Positions 38,389 to 47,692 of a DNA stretch of 64,000 nt are shown here, piece after piece (position 1 is the stretch's first letter; every line of letters begins with the position of its first letter). This stretch comes from Patescibacteria group bacterium (GTDB lineage Bacteria; Patescibacteriota; JACPGU01), in contig JAKLDG010000001.1 of the NCBI GenBank assembly GCA_022703645.1, forward strand, positions 443,277 to 507,276. The letters are read 5' to 3'. The position numbers were made by a program, and so were the translations under genes. The notes below the pieces were generated by a model. The model was not told the origin of the DNA, did not search any database, and was given only the letters and a program-made list of their open reading frames with translations.

Positions 38389-39660
38389 TTAGAACAATGG
38401 TGGCAATATACTTAAGTAGTTGTGTGGGTTTATTGAATTTCCTTTGTAGTCATCTATCTCGAAGTGTAAGTGTGATCCGGTGGTAAACACACCCGCTCCA
38501 TGTGATCCAGGAGCGCCACCAGAAGCGCCAATCGTATCTCCCGTATTAACTATATCGCCATTCTTCACATAGATCGCGCTAACATGCAAGTATTTTGTGA
38601 CTAATCCATTTCCATGATCGATAGCGATATATGATAATCCAGTACCGCCACTATCGTGAGCAACCAATACTGTACCTGCGCCTGCTGCTAATACTGGAGT
38701 ACCTTGTTTTGCAGCTAAGTCAACTCCTGTATGAGGGAATCCCATTCCATATGATGGATCCATATAGTCACCACCAGTAATACTAATTCTATTTGAACCA
38801 GGTAATGGGTAGCCGAATCCACCTTTATTAACAACTTGCTCACGGCCTTCACGCCCAGCTACCGCAGCTTCTCTTTGACGTCTTGCCTGTTCTTGAACAA
38901 GGTTGGTAATCTCTGAAGCAATAGCCTGCTCTTCAGCGTTTGCTTTTGCTAATTGTGATTGATAAGCAGATTCCTGACCTTTGGTTGCCTGCATAATCTG
39001 AAGTTTTGCTGCTTTCTGATCTTCAAGACCTGTTTCTTCAACTTGTTTATCACTCTTTAATTGTTCCAGATCTTTTGACTTCTTATCCAATTCTACCTTT
39101 TGCTTTTCAAGTTCGGTCTTTAAAGTATTTAGTTTATCAATGTTTAATTTTAGTTGAGCGCGGATGCGAGTTAGGTATTCAGTTCTTTCTACCAACTCAG
39201 AAAAGCTTGTAGAAGATACGATAACTGCCAATAAGCTATTATCTTTCTCCATATATATTTCTCTGATTACGAGGTTAATATTCGATCTTTGTTTCTCAAT
39301 CTCAACCTCTTTTTGCTTGATATCATTCTCGTTCTTCTCTATTTCAGCGTTCGTCTTCTCTATTTCAGCTTGAGTGGATTGCAATTGCAATTGAATTAAC
39401 TCCACTCGGCTGTCAATTACTGCAAGCTGGCTGTTCAAAGATGAAATTTCTTTCTGCTTGCTATCAATGAAGCTTTTTAACTCTTGAATTTTTTTGGTAG
39501 TAGAATTTATCTGAGCCTGTTTTGCAGCAATAGCATTAGATAGGTCATCAGCTTTTGCTGGCTGTATAAATGCCGCGCCAATTGAGAAAACCATTGATAG
39601 AGAGACAATCCCCATTAATAGTTTGGCAGTAGCTGATTTTTTGTTTTGTATTGTTTTCAT
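38389..39660 (-). CDS. M23 family metallopeptidase with N-terminal coiled-coil (EnvC-like, FtsEX-associated)
   Basis: 423 aa. Signal peptide; ~250-aa coiled coil; C-terminal LytM domain 'HTGVDLAAKQGTPVLAAGAGTV...HLHFEI'. Directly downstream of ftsE-ftsX. Confidence 0.85.
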   Translation of the reverse strand: MKTIQNKKSATAKLLMGIVSLSMVFSIGAAFIQPAKADDLSNAIAAKQAQINSTTKKIQELKSFIDSKQKEISSLNSQLAVIDSRVELIQLQLQSTQAEIEKTNAEIEKNENDIKQKEVEIEKQRSNINLVIREIYMEKDNSLLAVIVSSTSFSELVERTEYLTRIRAQLKLNIDKLNTLKTELEKQKVELDKKSKDLEQLKSDKQVEETGLEDQKAAKLQIMQATKGQESAYQSQLAKANAEEQAIASEITNLVQEQARRQREAAVAGREGREQVVNKGGFGYPLPGSNRISITGGDYMDPSYGMGFPHTGVDLAAKQGTPVLAAGAGTVLVAHDSGGTGLSYIAIDHGNGLVTKYLHVSAIYVKNGDIVNTGDTIGASGGAPGSHGAGVFTTGSHLHFEIDDYKGNSINPHNYLSILPPLF

Positions 39661-39974
39661 TATTACCTTTCCTTATATATTATTTGATACGAAAGGGCTT
39701 ACTTTTTGGGTGTGGATTTTCTCCACAACCCTTTTTGAGCAAACCATATCAGTGTATCATAAAAAATCGAGCTTGTCAACCTTATTCGATGGTTAACACA
39801 CTTTTTTCGTGTTATATATTTACATTCAGTTTATGTGAAAATCAGGTTAAAATAGCTATATATAGCGATTTTTCCATACAAAAAGGGCGCGATGTGCCCC
39901 CCTAAAATACCAAATTTCGCTTATTTACCTTATTAGTAGTATAGCATGGTATTTTATAATAAAAAACTGTGGAG

Positions 39975-39983
39975 TTATCCACA
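39975..39983 (+). promoter_or_regulatory. DnaA-box 9-mer TTATCCACA inside the palindrome CTGTGGAGTTATCCACAG, upstream of the M23 peptidase gene
   Basis: Perfect 9-mer; flanking sequence forms a 7-bp inverted repeat. Confidence 0.45.
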
Positions 39984-40023
39984 GTTACCTTTTCCCCACT
40001 TACTCACATTTTGAGAATGGTTA

Positions 40024-40929
40024 TCACCCTTTCAGATATCTACTTATTGCAATAAACGCGCTGACTACGCTAACAGCAATACTGATGCCGAACTGCCAAG
40101 CGATAATCATAACACCATATGAATAAATTGAATTATAGAAATTCGAACCAAATTCAGAGAAATATGACCGAATTGATGGCTCGCCAAGACGCAGCGCTAT
40201 AATAACCGCGGCCGAAGCAAAAAGCATTGATATCAGCCCATAAAAAGCTCCTTCAAGAATAAATGGCCAGCGAATATACCAATTCGTCGCGCCAACAAGT
40301 TTCATAATTTCAATCTCCTCTTTTCTCGTATACATTGTCATACGAATAGTATTTAAGACCACAATCAAGCTCGTAATAATAAATATCAAGCTCAAAACAA
40401 TGCCGCCTTTATTTACATATCCGCCAAAAGAAATTAATTTTTGCACTACATTTCGATTTTTTTCATAGCTGGTATTGTATACCATCGCGTCATATTTCCC
40501 TCCGCGGAAAAGCGCGTTGATCTTTTCCGTATCCTCCGCTTTGGTTACATTTATACGAAGCGAGGCTGGAATTGGGTTATCTTTTTCCGTAATAGTTTCA
40601 TAAAGCGCCGGATCATTTTTATTCGATTCTTTAAAATCTTGGAAAGCCTGTTCTTTCGAAATATATTTAATATCCTTGATCTCCGGCATATTTGAAATAT
40701 CTCGCTTTACATTTAGAATGTCTGTTTCGGCAATGTTATCATTGAAATATACTTCAAGATCGATCTTTGACTTTACTGTATCGATAGTCGAATTAATCAA
40801 AATACTAAGAATAATAAAAACACTCACCGTAAAAAGTGTCAATGTCATTACAGTAACAGTGGCAAATGTAAGCCATTTGTTTCGTATGAGACTATGAACT
40901 GCATTTTTGAAAGTTTTGTAGCTAAACAT
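40024..40929 (-). CDS. ftsX: cell division permease FtsX
   Basis: 301 aa. N-terminal TM, large periplasmic loop, three C-terminal TM helices; adjacent to ftsE. Confidence 0.88.
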   Translation of the reverse strand: MFSYKTFKNAVHSLIRNKWLTFATVTVMTLTLFTVSVFIILSILINSTIDTVKSKIDLEVYFNDNIAETDILNVKRDISNMPEIKDIKYISKEQAFQDFKESNKNDPALYETITEKDNPIPASLRINVTKAEDTEKINALFRGGKYDAMVYNTSYEKNRNVVQKLISFGGYVNKGGIVLSLIFIITSLIVVLNTIRMTMYTRKEEIEIMKLVGATNWYIRWPFILEGAFYGLISMLFASAAVIIALRLGEPSIRSYFSEFGSNFYNSIYSYGVMIIAWQFGISIAVSVVSAFIAISRYLKG

Positions 40930-40934
40930 ATTTT

Positions 40935-41615
40935 TTATAATTGGTATCGTCCTAATTTCTTATCACTGATTAATTTTCCATCTTCTAAAACTATCACTCT
41001 TTTGCGCAGGTTATCAACGACATCTTTATTGTGAGTAGCCAGAATTACAGTAGTGCCAAGCTTATTAATTTTCAAAAGCAATTTTACAATGTCTTCGGTA
41101 TTTACCGGGTCCAGATTTCCTGTTGGCTCATCAGCTATCAGCAGATGCGGGTCATGCACCAAGGCGCGGGCTATTGCCGCTCTTTGAATTTCTCCACCTG
41201 ACAATTCTCTTGGAAAACGATCTTCTTTACCTTCAAGGCCTACTAATTTTAATATTTTTGGTACGCGTGCATTTATTTCCGCTTGAGATTTTTCCACTAC
41301 CTCAAGCGCATAAGCGACATTTTCAAAAATAGTTTTATTCTGTAATAATTTAAAATCCTGCCAGACCACGCCAATCTTTCTACGATAATAAGGAACATGA
41401 CGACGGCTTAAACGAGTAATATCTTTATCCCCAATCAAAATCTGGCCTTTTGTAGGACGTTCTTGCGCTATCAACATTCGGATAAGAGTTGATTTGCCAG
41501 CGCCAGAGGGGCCAACCAAAGAAATAAATTCTCCAGATTCAATCTGCGCGGAGAAATCATCAAGCGCTATAATTTTTGGCGGATAAACTTTGGTTAGATT
41601 CTTTATAACAATCAT
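40935..41615 (-). CDS. ftsE: cell division ATP-binding protein FtsE
   Basis: 226 aa. 'GPSGAGKSTL' Walker A, 'LSGGEIQRAAIARAL' ABC signature, 'LLIADEPTGNLD' Walker B. Confidence 0.9.
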   Translation of the reverse strand: MIVIKNLTKVYPPKIIALDDFSAQIESGEFISLVGPSGAGKSTLIRMLIAQERPTKGQILIGDKDITRLSRRHVPYYRRKIGVVWQDFKLLQNKTIFENVAYALEVVEKSQAEINARVPKILKLVGLEGKEDRFPRELSGGEIQRAAIARALVHDPHLLIADEPTGNLDPVNTEDIVKLLLKINKLGTTVILATHNKDVVDNLRKRVIVLEDGKLISDKKLGRYQL

Positions 41616-41678
41616 CGCATTTCGTTATTACTTTTTTACCATTATACATCAAATTACAATTGAGGCAAGGCAGCAAAT

Positions 41679-41802
41679 GTCAAATTTCAAATTTCCAATT
41701 TCAAATTAATGACTAAATTTCAAATGATAAAATAATACGCTCATAAATTTGACATTAAACATTTGACATTGATTTGACATTTGTCATTTTTAATTTGTCA
41801 TT
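41679..41802. repeat. (CAAATTT)n heptamer array followed by five direct TTGWCAT repeats upstream of ftsE
   Basis: CAAATTTCAAATTTCCAATTTCAAATT ... CATTTGACATTAAACATTTGACATTGATTTGACATTTGTCATTTTTAATTTGTCATT. Confidence 0.6.
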
Positions 41803-41823
41803 AAAAAGAATTTAAAGAATATT

Positions 41824-42858
41824 TTATTTTTTCCTGCGAAGCTCCTCATCTATAAACTCCTCAATATCTCCATCGAGAACTGCGTCCACATCTCCGACTT
41901 CAAAATCCGTTCTGTGATCTTTCACCATTCTATATGGATGCAGTACATATGAACGGATCTGATGTCCCCATGAAGCCTGCACATTTTCACTCTTTAATTT
42001 TTTTACCTCAGACTCTTTTTGTTGTTCAAGAAGCAATGCCAAACGCGACTTCAAAACTTTCATCGCTCTTTCTTTATTTTGATGCTGGCTTCTTTCTGAC
42101 TGACAGCTGACTGTGATGCCGGTCGGTATATGGACAATTCGTACTGCGCTATCAGTGACATTTACTTTTTGTCCACCTTTTCCAGACGCGCGGAACGTAT
42201 CAATTCGTAGGTCTTTTTCATCAATATCGATTTCGCTTTCATCTGCCAAGACTGGTAGAACTTCAACCAGCGCAAAAGATGTCTGACGCAGATTTTGTGA
42301 ATTAAATGGCGATTTTCGGACTAACCTATGAACTCCATATTCGTTTTTCAGTAACCCATATGCATAAACACCTTTAATTTCTATTGTTACGCTTTTTATG
42401 CCCGCTTCCTCTCCTGCTGAAATATGCAGGATCTCTGTGCTCCAACCTTTGCTCTCAGCATAACGAAGGTACATGCGCATTAGCATTTCCGACCAATCCA
42501 TCGCGTCCACTCCTCCCGTTCCGGAATGGATTGAAAGTATCGCATCTCCCCTATCATATTTTCCATTGAGAAAAGTTTTGACTTCAAGCGCCGCAAAACG
42601 CTTGTTAAGATTTTCTATTTCAGTATTATCAACCGCGCCCGTACAATCCAATTCCAATTGCTCCCAATCCCCTACTTCTTTCTGTAAATCAGCCAACTCA
42701 CGCATAATCTTACCGGCAGTTTCGCTATTCTGCCAGAAAGATTGATCGGTTGATAATTTTTCCAGTTCTGATATCCTATCATAAATACCCTTCTCTTTGA
42801 GAAAGGTTTTGTTGCGGTCTATTTCGAGTAATAATTCTTCGAGGGAAAGTATGTTCAT
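41824..42858 (-). CDS. prfB: peptide chain release factor 2, encoded without the programmed +1 frameshift
   Basis: 344 aa. 'RKSPFNS' (SPF tripeptide = RF2), '[24 protein letters not shown]' (GGQ). The N-terminal 25 codons read straight through (…[10 protein letters not shown]…) with no CTT TGA site. Confidence 0.85.
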   Translation of the reverse strand: MNILSLEELLLEIDRNKTFLKEKGIYDRISELEKLSTDQSFWQNSETAGKIMRELADLQKEVGDWEQLELDCTGAVDNTEIENLNKRFAALEVKTFLNGKYDRGDAILSIHSGTGGVDAMDWSEMLMRMYLRYAESKGWSTEILHISAGEEAGIKSVTIEIKGVYAYGLLKNEYGVHRLVRKSPFNSQNLRQTSFALVEVLPVLADESEIDIDEKDLRIDTFRASGKGGQKVNVTDSAVRIVHIPTGITVSCQSERSQHQNKERAMKVLKSRLALLLEQQKESEVKKLKSENVQASWGHQIRSYVLHPYRMVKDHRTDFEVGDVDAVLDGDIEEFIDEELRRKK

Positions 42859-43015
42859 AAAAAATTAAAATATTATGAAAATATTACAGAATATTTCAAA
42901 ATATTATTTCTTTAATATTTTACAATATTTTACAATATTTTCAAACCGCTTTTACCAAAACAAAAAACCTCAGGTTTTAACCTAAGGTTTTTTGTCTCAC
43001 TTAATGCGAGTGTAA

Positions 43016-45073
43016 TTATCTATTGATTACTTTCAAAGCTTTGTCCAAATTACCACTTTCTTTCATATAGATGTAAGAAGCGATAGAGATGAATGCAGCT
43101 AATAGTATCAATGCAAGAACTGTTTCAGAAGTTCCTGAGCTTGGCAAAGTTGTTACAGCTCCACCACCCAAATTGATGGTAACTAAGCTTGAAACAGATG
43201 TAATGCCATCAGCGGTACCGTTTGCAGAGTAAGTCAATTGAGAGATATTACTTGGAGTATCACTCTTCACCTTTGCAGAAAATTCATAATACCCAGTAGC
43301 ACCCACGCTTAAGTCGCCTAGACTTATACCATTTGAGAATGAGCTGTCAGCAGTAGAGGTTGTGTTACCAGATAAAACTACTTTTACTGAACCAGCAACA
43401 AACTCCATATTTTTTGGCAACGCATTTGTTAACTTAACGTTAGCAAGCTCAGCATTTCCAACGTTTGCGAAATCAACATGGAATTTGATAACATCGCCTC
43501 TGTTTGCAGAAACAACATTATTGAATCCAATTGATTTTGCAGCTGTTGAATTATATGCAGTAGCATTTACGAATAAGTTCTTTGCAGCTGTAGGTTCACC
43601 GCTTACTGTAATAATACCATTGTTATCTGATAATGAAATTCCAGAACCAATTACTTGGTTGTCAGCAGCATATGTACCAGCAGCAGTGTTACCAGAAACC
43701 TTAACTTTATAAGTTAAGTAAAACCAGTGAGCACCTGCTAAATCAGGTAATATAACACCATTACCAGCACCATTGATAGCGTCAGCTAATGGCATAACTT
43801 GGTCAGTACCTGTCGCATCTTCATAATACAATTTTGAAAATCCTGGAACGTATTCAATTCCAGCTGGCATTATAGCGCGAGCGTGAAGAATTGTAGCAGC
43901 TGAGCTACCACGGTTTGTGATAGTCATTCTGTAGATTAATTCGTCGCCTGGGTTTGCATTAACGCTTTGTGTGTAAGCTTTGTCTCCCTTTGTAAGATTA
44001 TACAAAGATGAAGCCAAAGTTACATTTGTGTTGATAGTTGTACCAACAGCAATCAAGCCATTGTTATCTGATAATGAAATTCCAGAACCAATTACTTGGT
44101 TGTCAGCAGCATATGTACCAGCAGCAGTGTTACCAGAAACCTTAACTTTATAAGTTAAGTAAAACCAGTGAGCACCTGCTAAATCAGGTAATATAACACC
44201 ATTACCAGCACCATTGATAGCGTCAGCAATTGGAATAACTTGGTCAGTACCTGTCGCATCTTCATAATACAATTTTGCAAATCCTGGAACGTATTCAATT
44301 CCAGCTGGCATTATAGCGCGAGCGTGAAGAATTGTAGCAGCTGAGCTACCACGGTTTGTGATAGTCATTCTGTAGATTAATTCGTCGCCAGCAGATGCAT
44401 TAACGCTAGGGTTATAAGCAGTCTCACCTTTTGTTAAATTGTATAGAGATGATGCAAGATATACTTGTGGTTGGCTAGTATTTGTATTGTCACCAACGCT
44501 TGAAGTAGCAGGAGTACCTGTCGTAACGCTTGCAGGTACGCTCGCGCCACCAGCAACAACTGATGCGTTATTTGCTGATAATGCAACTCCGCCATTTGCC
44601 ATTACCTGATTATCAGGGGCAAATGATCCGCTAGCAGCAGAAACAGTAGCTTTGTAAGTTACAAAAGCAGTAGTTCCAGCTGGAATGTCAATTCCAAGAG
44701 AAGTTCCTGCAGCTGAAGCGATAGCATCAGCAACTGGAGCTACTTTGTCAGCACCACTTAAATCTTTGTAATATACTTTTGAATATCCGGCAGTATATTG
44801 TAAACCGGCTGGCATAGTAACTCTTGCCATTACTCCTGTTGCAGGAGTTGCAGAACCATTAGTAATGTTCATTGCAAAAAGCACGCTATTACCATTAGCT
44901 GCATTGACAGAATTTGTCCATACCTTATTTCCAGATGTAATATTTGCTACAGCGGATGTCAAAGACAAACCGGCAGCAGATGTTGCAACTGGAGCAACAA
45001 TAGCGAAAGTCATAAGACCAATCGCTAAATAATTTATTAATTTTTTAATCATTTTTTCTCCTTTTGATAACAT
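43016..45073 (-). CDS. surface protein with DUF11-like repeat domains and LPXTG-like C-terminal sorting signal
   Basis: 685 aa. Signal peptide (probable start MIKKLINYLAIGLMTFAIVAPVATSAAG). Two near-identical ~147-aa internal repeats. C-terminus 'LPSSGTSETVLALILLAAFISIASYIYMKES' = LPxxG, hydrophobic span, charged tail. Confidence 0.7.
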   Translation of the reverse strand: MLSKGEKMIKKLINYLAIGLMTFAIVAPVATSAAGLSLTSAVANITSGNKVWTNSVNAANGNSVLFAMNITNGSATPATGVMARVTMPAGLQYTAGYSKVYYKDLSGADKVAPVADAIASAAGTSLGIDIPAGTTAFVTYKATVSAASGSFAPDNQVMANGGVALSANNASVVAGGASVPASVTTGTPATSSVGDNTNTSQPQVYLASSLYNLTKGETAYNPSVNASAGDELIYRMTITNRGSSAATILHARAIMPAGIEYVPGFAKLYYEDATGTDQVIPIADAINGAGNGVILPDLAGAHWFYLTYKVKVSGNTAAGTYAADNQVIGSGISLSDNNGLIAVGTTINTNVTLASSLYNLTKGDKAYTQSVNANPGDELIYRMTITNRGSSAATILHARAIMPAGIEYVPGFSKLYYEDATGTDQVMPLADAINGAGNGVILPDLAGAHWFYLTYKVKVSGNTAAGTYAADNQVIGSGISLSDNNGIITVSGEPTAAKNLFVNATAYNSTAAKSIGFNNVVSANRGDVIKFHVDFANVGNAELANVKLTNALPKNMEFVAGSVKVVLSGNTTSTADSSFSNGISLGDLSVGATGYYEFSAKVKSDTPSNISQLTYSANGTADGITSVSSLVTINLGGGAVTTLPSSGTSETVLALILLAAFISIASYIYMKESGNLDKALKVINR
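43617..44498. repeat. tandem duplication (2 x 441 bp) within the surface-protein gene
   Basis: 43617-44057 and 44058-44498 are nearly identical over ~330 bp (e.g. CCATTGTTATCTGATAATGAAATTCCAGAACCAATTACTTGG...GTTAAGTAAAACCAGTGAGCACCTGCTAAATCAGG), diverging towards the 3' ends. Period 441 = 147 codons, in frame. Confidence 0.85.
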
Positions 45074-45403
45074 TTTCGTCTATTCTTATTCTCGTGTCAT
45101 CGACCCTCACCAACCTGACACTTCAAAAAATCCCAAGACAAAAACGTACAAATTTAAGTTTATTATTATTTGTTAACTATTATTAATCTATTCTAAAAAA
45201 TATTTAATATAGATTATTATTTTAAGTTATCAAGTTTGTTTGCTCGCTAATTATCACTAATTAATCGCTAATTTCGCTAATGGATTCAAAATTACCCATT
45301 CGTGAAATTCGTGAAAAATTCGCGACAATTCGCATTTCTCTATTATATATATTCAGTTAAGGAAAACAAATTTTTTGCGAATACCTTTATAAAAAATATG
45401 AGT

Positions 45404-45432
45404 GCGGCGAATGGGGAAACCCCCATTCGCCG
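45404..45432 (-). terminator. rho-independent terminator of the GC-rich lipoprotein gene
   Basis: Perfect 13-bp stem GCGGCGAATGGGG-AAA-CCCCATTCGCCGC; T-run follows on the minus strand. Confidence 0.7.
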
Positions 45433-45551
45433 CATACATTTCAAAAGGAATTGCGGTTAAACACTTAACTACTCCGGGGAAGCAGTTTCAGCGCTAACCA
45501 TTGGGTTGAATGTCCTCTCTCGACTGATTTTGCCCATAGGCAGGGTAAAAC

Positions 45552-47060
45552 TCAGAAGAGAGAAGAGTTGCTCTCCGCGGCCGGAGGAGGAGGCGGAGGC
45601 GGAGGAACTACCCCCACCGACGCCACATTCGAAATATTGGTCTTGCCTGAATCCTCAAAACCAGAAGTCTTCACTGCCGACGTCGGATTGGATCGCGGAG
45701 AAGGTTCCGGCCATGCGTTCGCGCCGATAACTGAGGTACTGGTGCCTGCGCCACCGGTCGTACCGGGAGCGGGCTGCCAGTCAGAATCCCATACTTGAGA
45801 ATTCGGAACGTCAGGGGTTATACCCGAGACGTTCGTGGTATCCGCAACATTTCCGCATTTCTCGCAATACTGTCCGGCACCGCCATTGCCGTTTCCTGGT
45901 GTCGGATTCGGGTTCGGATTCGATGCGGGAGGAGGTGGAGGGACAGGCCGATTCTTACCGAAAACATTATCCTGAATCTTCTTCGGCATAATATTTACTG
46001 TGGCATCCCAGAGTAAATAGTCGAAGAAAAGTCCGGCTGGGTTAAGCACGCACTTGCGTCCGTGCATCGACTTCTTGAGGCTCATGTCGCACAGAGGCTT
46101 GTCGATGTACATATCTCCGAGCGTCCCCATGGTTGCGCCGATAATAGTATCTCTTTTGTTCTTCTTCGGCTTGGCCGCGAGCGAGTTGCAGTAGGAGCCA
46201 AGACTTTTGTACCATGTGTTGTTCGGGTCGAGCTCGATGAGTCTGCCGATCATCTTACAAAGAGCGTTCCAGTCACCAGCGTTATATAACGCCCGCGCCT
46301 GATTGTCCAGATCGTTTGCAGTATTGCCTGCGGAGGCTTTTTTCTTCTTGCCCGCTGGCGGTACTGAACCAACTGTCGGTTTCGTGTTCGTCGCGAAGCT
46401 GGGGCTGGTCACGATCTTGTGAATATCGTTGACCTGTTTCCCGGTTTTGATGATCACTGGTTTAGTTTCCCGCACGATCTTGACGGTTTCAGCGGTATCT
46501 TTCTTGATGTCCTTGATACCGGATTTGATTTCCTTGTGGTCGGCTTTGTTTTCGCGCAGTGCGTCGAAAACATTTGGGACATCTTCGCTGGGTACACCAA
46601 GTTTGTCGTCTACGACTTCAATGCCGAACTCGGTCAAGGCGGTATAGACGCACGTCAGATGTTCAATGTCCTTACCCTCTTTCGAAATGCAAGGGTCTAC
46701 GATACGCGCCTTATAATCATTGGGGCAATTAGCAATCATTTTCCTGATCATGTCCGGCTTTGCCTTCTGGGCTACCAGACGCTGAGCGACCTTACCCCCA
46801 GGGGCACAGACCATCGTACATGTTTGCACGAGGCCCTTGTCCACAAGCTCCTCGCATTTAATGATATTCCCCTTGGGAACGACATCCTTTAGGAGTTTGC
46901 TGGCATCTTTCGCTGTCCCCGTGCCGGCGTCCTTTGTGACGACGGTCGGGTTCTTCGATACCTTCTGTGTCTTGGCGCATCCGCCGGCAAAAACCGCTCC
47001 GGCGAGAATCGCAATCATCAGAATCATCGGTAGCAATGCTACCTTGCGCAACCTCTTCAT
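45552..47060 (-). CDS. secreted lipoprotein, hypothetical (GC-rich, Pro/Gly-rich C-terminal half)
   Basis: 502 aa. Lipobox-like 'LAGAVFAGGC'. C-terminal 'PPPPPPAAESNSSLF' and 'PVPPPPPASNPNPNPTPGNGNGGAG'. Strong SD (AGGAGG 9 nt before the ATG). GC far above the window average. Confidence 0.7.
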   Translation of the reverse strand: MKRLRKVALLPMILMIAILAGAVFAGGCAKTQKVSKNPTVVTKDAGTGTAKDASKLLKDVVPKGNIIKCEELVDKGLVQTCTMVCAPGGKVAQRLVAQKAKPDMIRKMIANCPNDYKARIVDPCISKEGKDIEHLTCVYTALTEFGIEVVDDKLGVPSEDVPNVFDALRENKADHKEIKSGIKDIKKDTAETVKIVRETKPVIIKTGKQVNDIHKIVTSPSFATNTKPTVGSVPPAGKKKKASAGNTANDLDNQARALYNAGDWNALCKMIGRLIELDPNNTWYKSLGSYCNSLAAKPKKNKRDTIIGATMGTLGDMYIDKPLCDMSLKKSMHGRKCVLNPAGLFFDYLLWDATVNIMPKKIQDNVFGKNRPVPPPPPASNPNPNPTPGNGNGGAGQYCEKCGNVADTTNVSGITPDVPNSQVWDSDWQPAPGTTGGAGTSTSVIGANAWPEPSPRSNPTSAVKTSGFEDSGKTNISNVASVGVVPPPPPPPPAAESNSSLF

Positions 47061-47692
47061 AGCGTTTTACCTCCTGTTATCCATAGATTTACCTCTTTCA
47101 AAAGTGAATGAGGCGGTGGTTGGGGTTTTCGCTATGTACTATCCCTATGCTTGTCCCCCCGCAGGAAAGCACTTGGAATCAAAAATATGTTTACTGATCC
47201 CTGCCTCAAAAATATCGAGGGCCTATCAGGAATCAGGTAACCTCCTTTCATTTTCTTGCTCCCCTTCCAAATTTGGAAAGAAAGTTTTGTTGTCCTTAAC
47301 TGAATATAATAATAGAATTATTTATTCTTACTCTGCTCGATTTTTAATGTACATATCCTTTTATAAAAACAAAAACCCAAGACAAATAACTATTTGGCCC
47401 GAGTTTCTGTTTTCATTGTGTATTGGCTTTTTTTGTCCATGTTTCCATAGACTTGGCTTTTTGTCATATAAAAGATATTTTGGCTTTTTTAAAAATGATC
47501 CCTTTTACGATATGTGGCCATTTTAACACATTTTTTCAATAACGTCAATAATATTTATGTAAAATAAGCTATTTTATAAAAACAACCTAGAAAAACAAAA
47601 AGGACAAAATAATTTTTGCCCTCCTCAAAAACTTTTTTTCTCTCATTTTTAAATATTTTAGCAAATTTTAAATGGGTAGTCAACGGGATAAA

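Noticed and set aside
39885-39910. Weak GGGC...GCCC hairpin plus T-run downstream of ftsX as a terminator
   Set aside because: Only a 4-bp stem; ftsX and the M23 gene are probably co-transcribed. Not listed as a feature.
41824-42858. Programmed +1 frameshift in prfB
   Set aside because: I looked for CTT TGA in the first 30 codons. The frame is continuous, so the gene is annotated as a single unshifted ORF.
46419-47526. Plus-strand ORFs 46419-46892 and 46837-47526, plus several 60-80-aa ORFs at 45506-46289
   Set aside because: They fall in the GC-rich segment where stop codons are rare on all frames, antisense to the 502-aa lipoprotein gene that has signal peptide, SD and terminator. Artefacts of composition.
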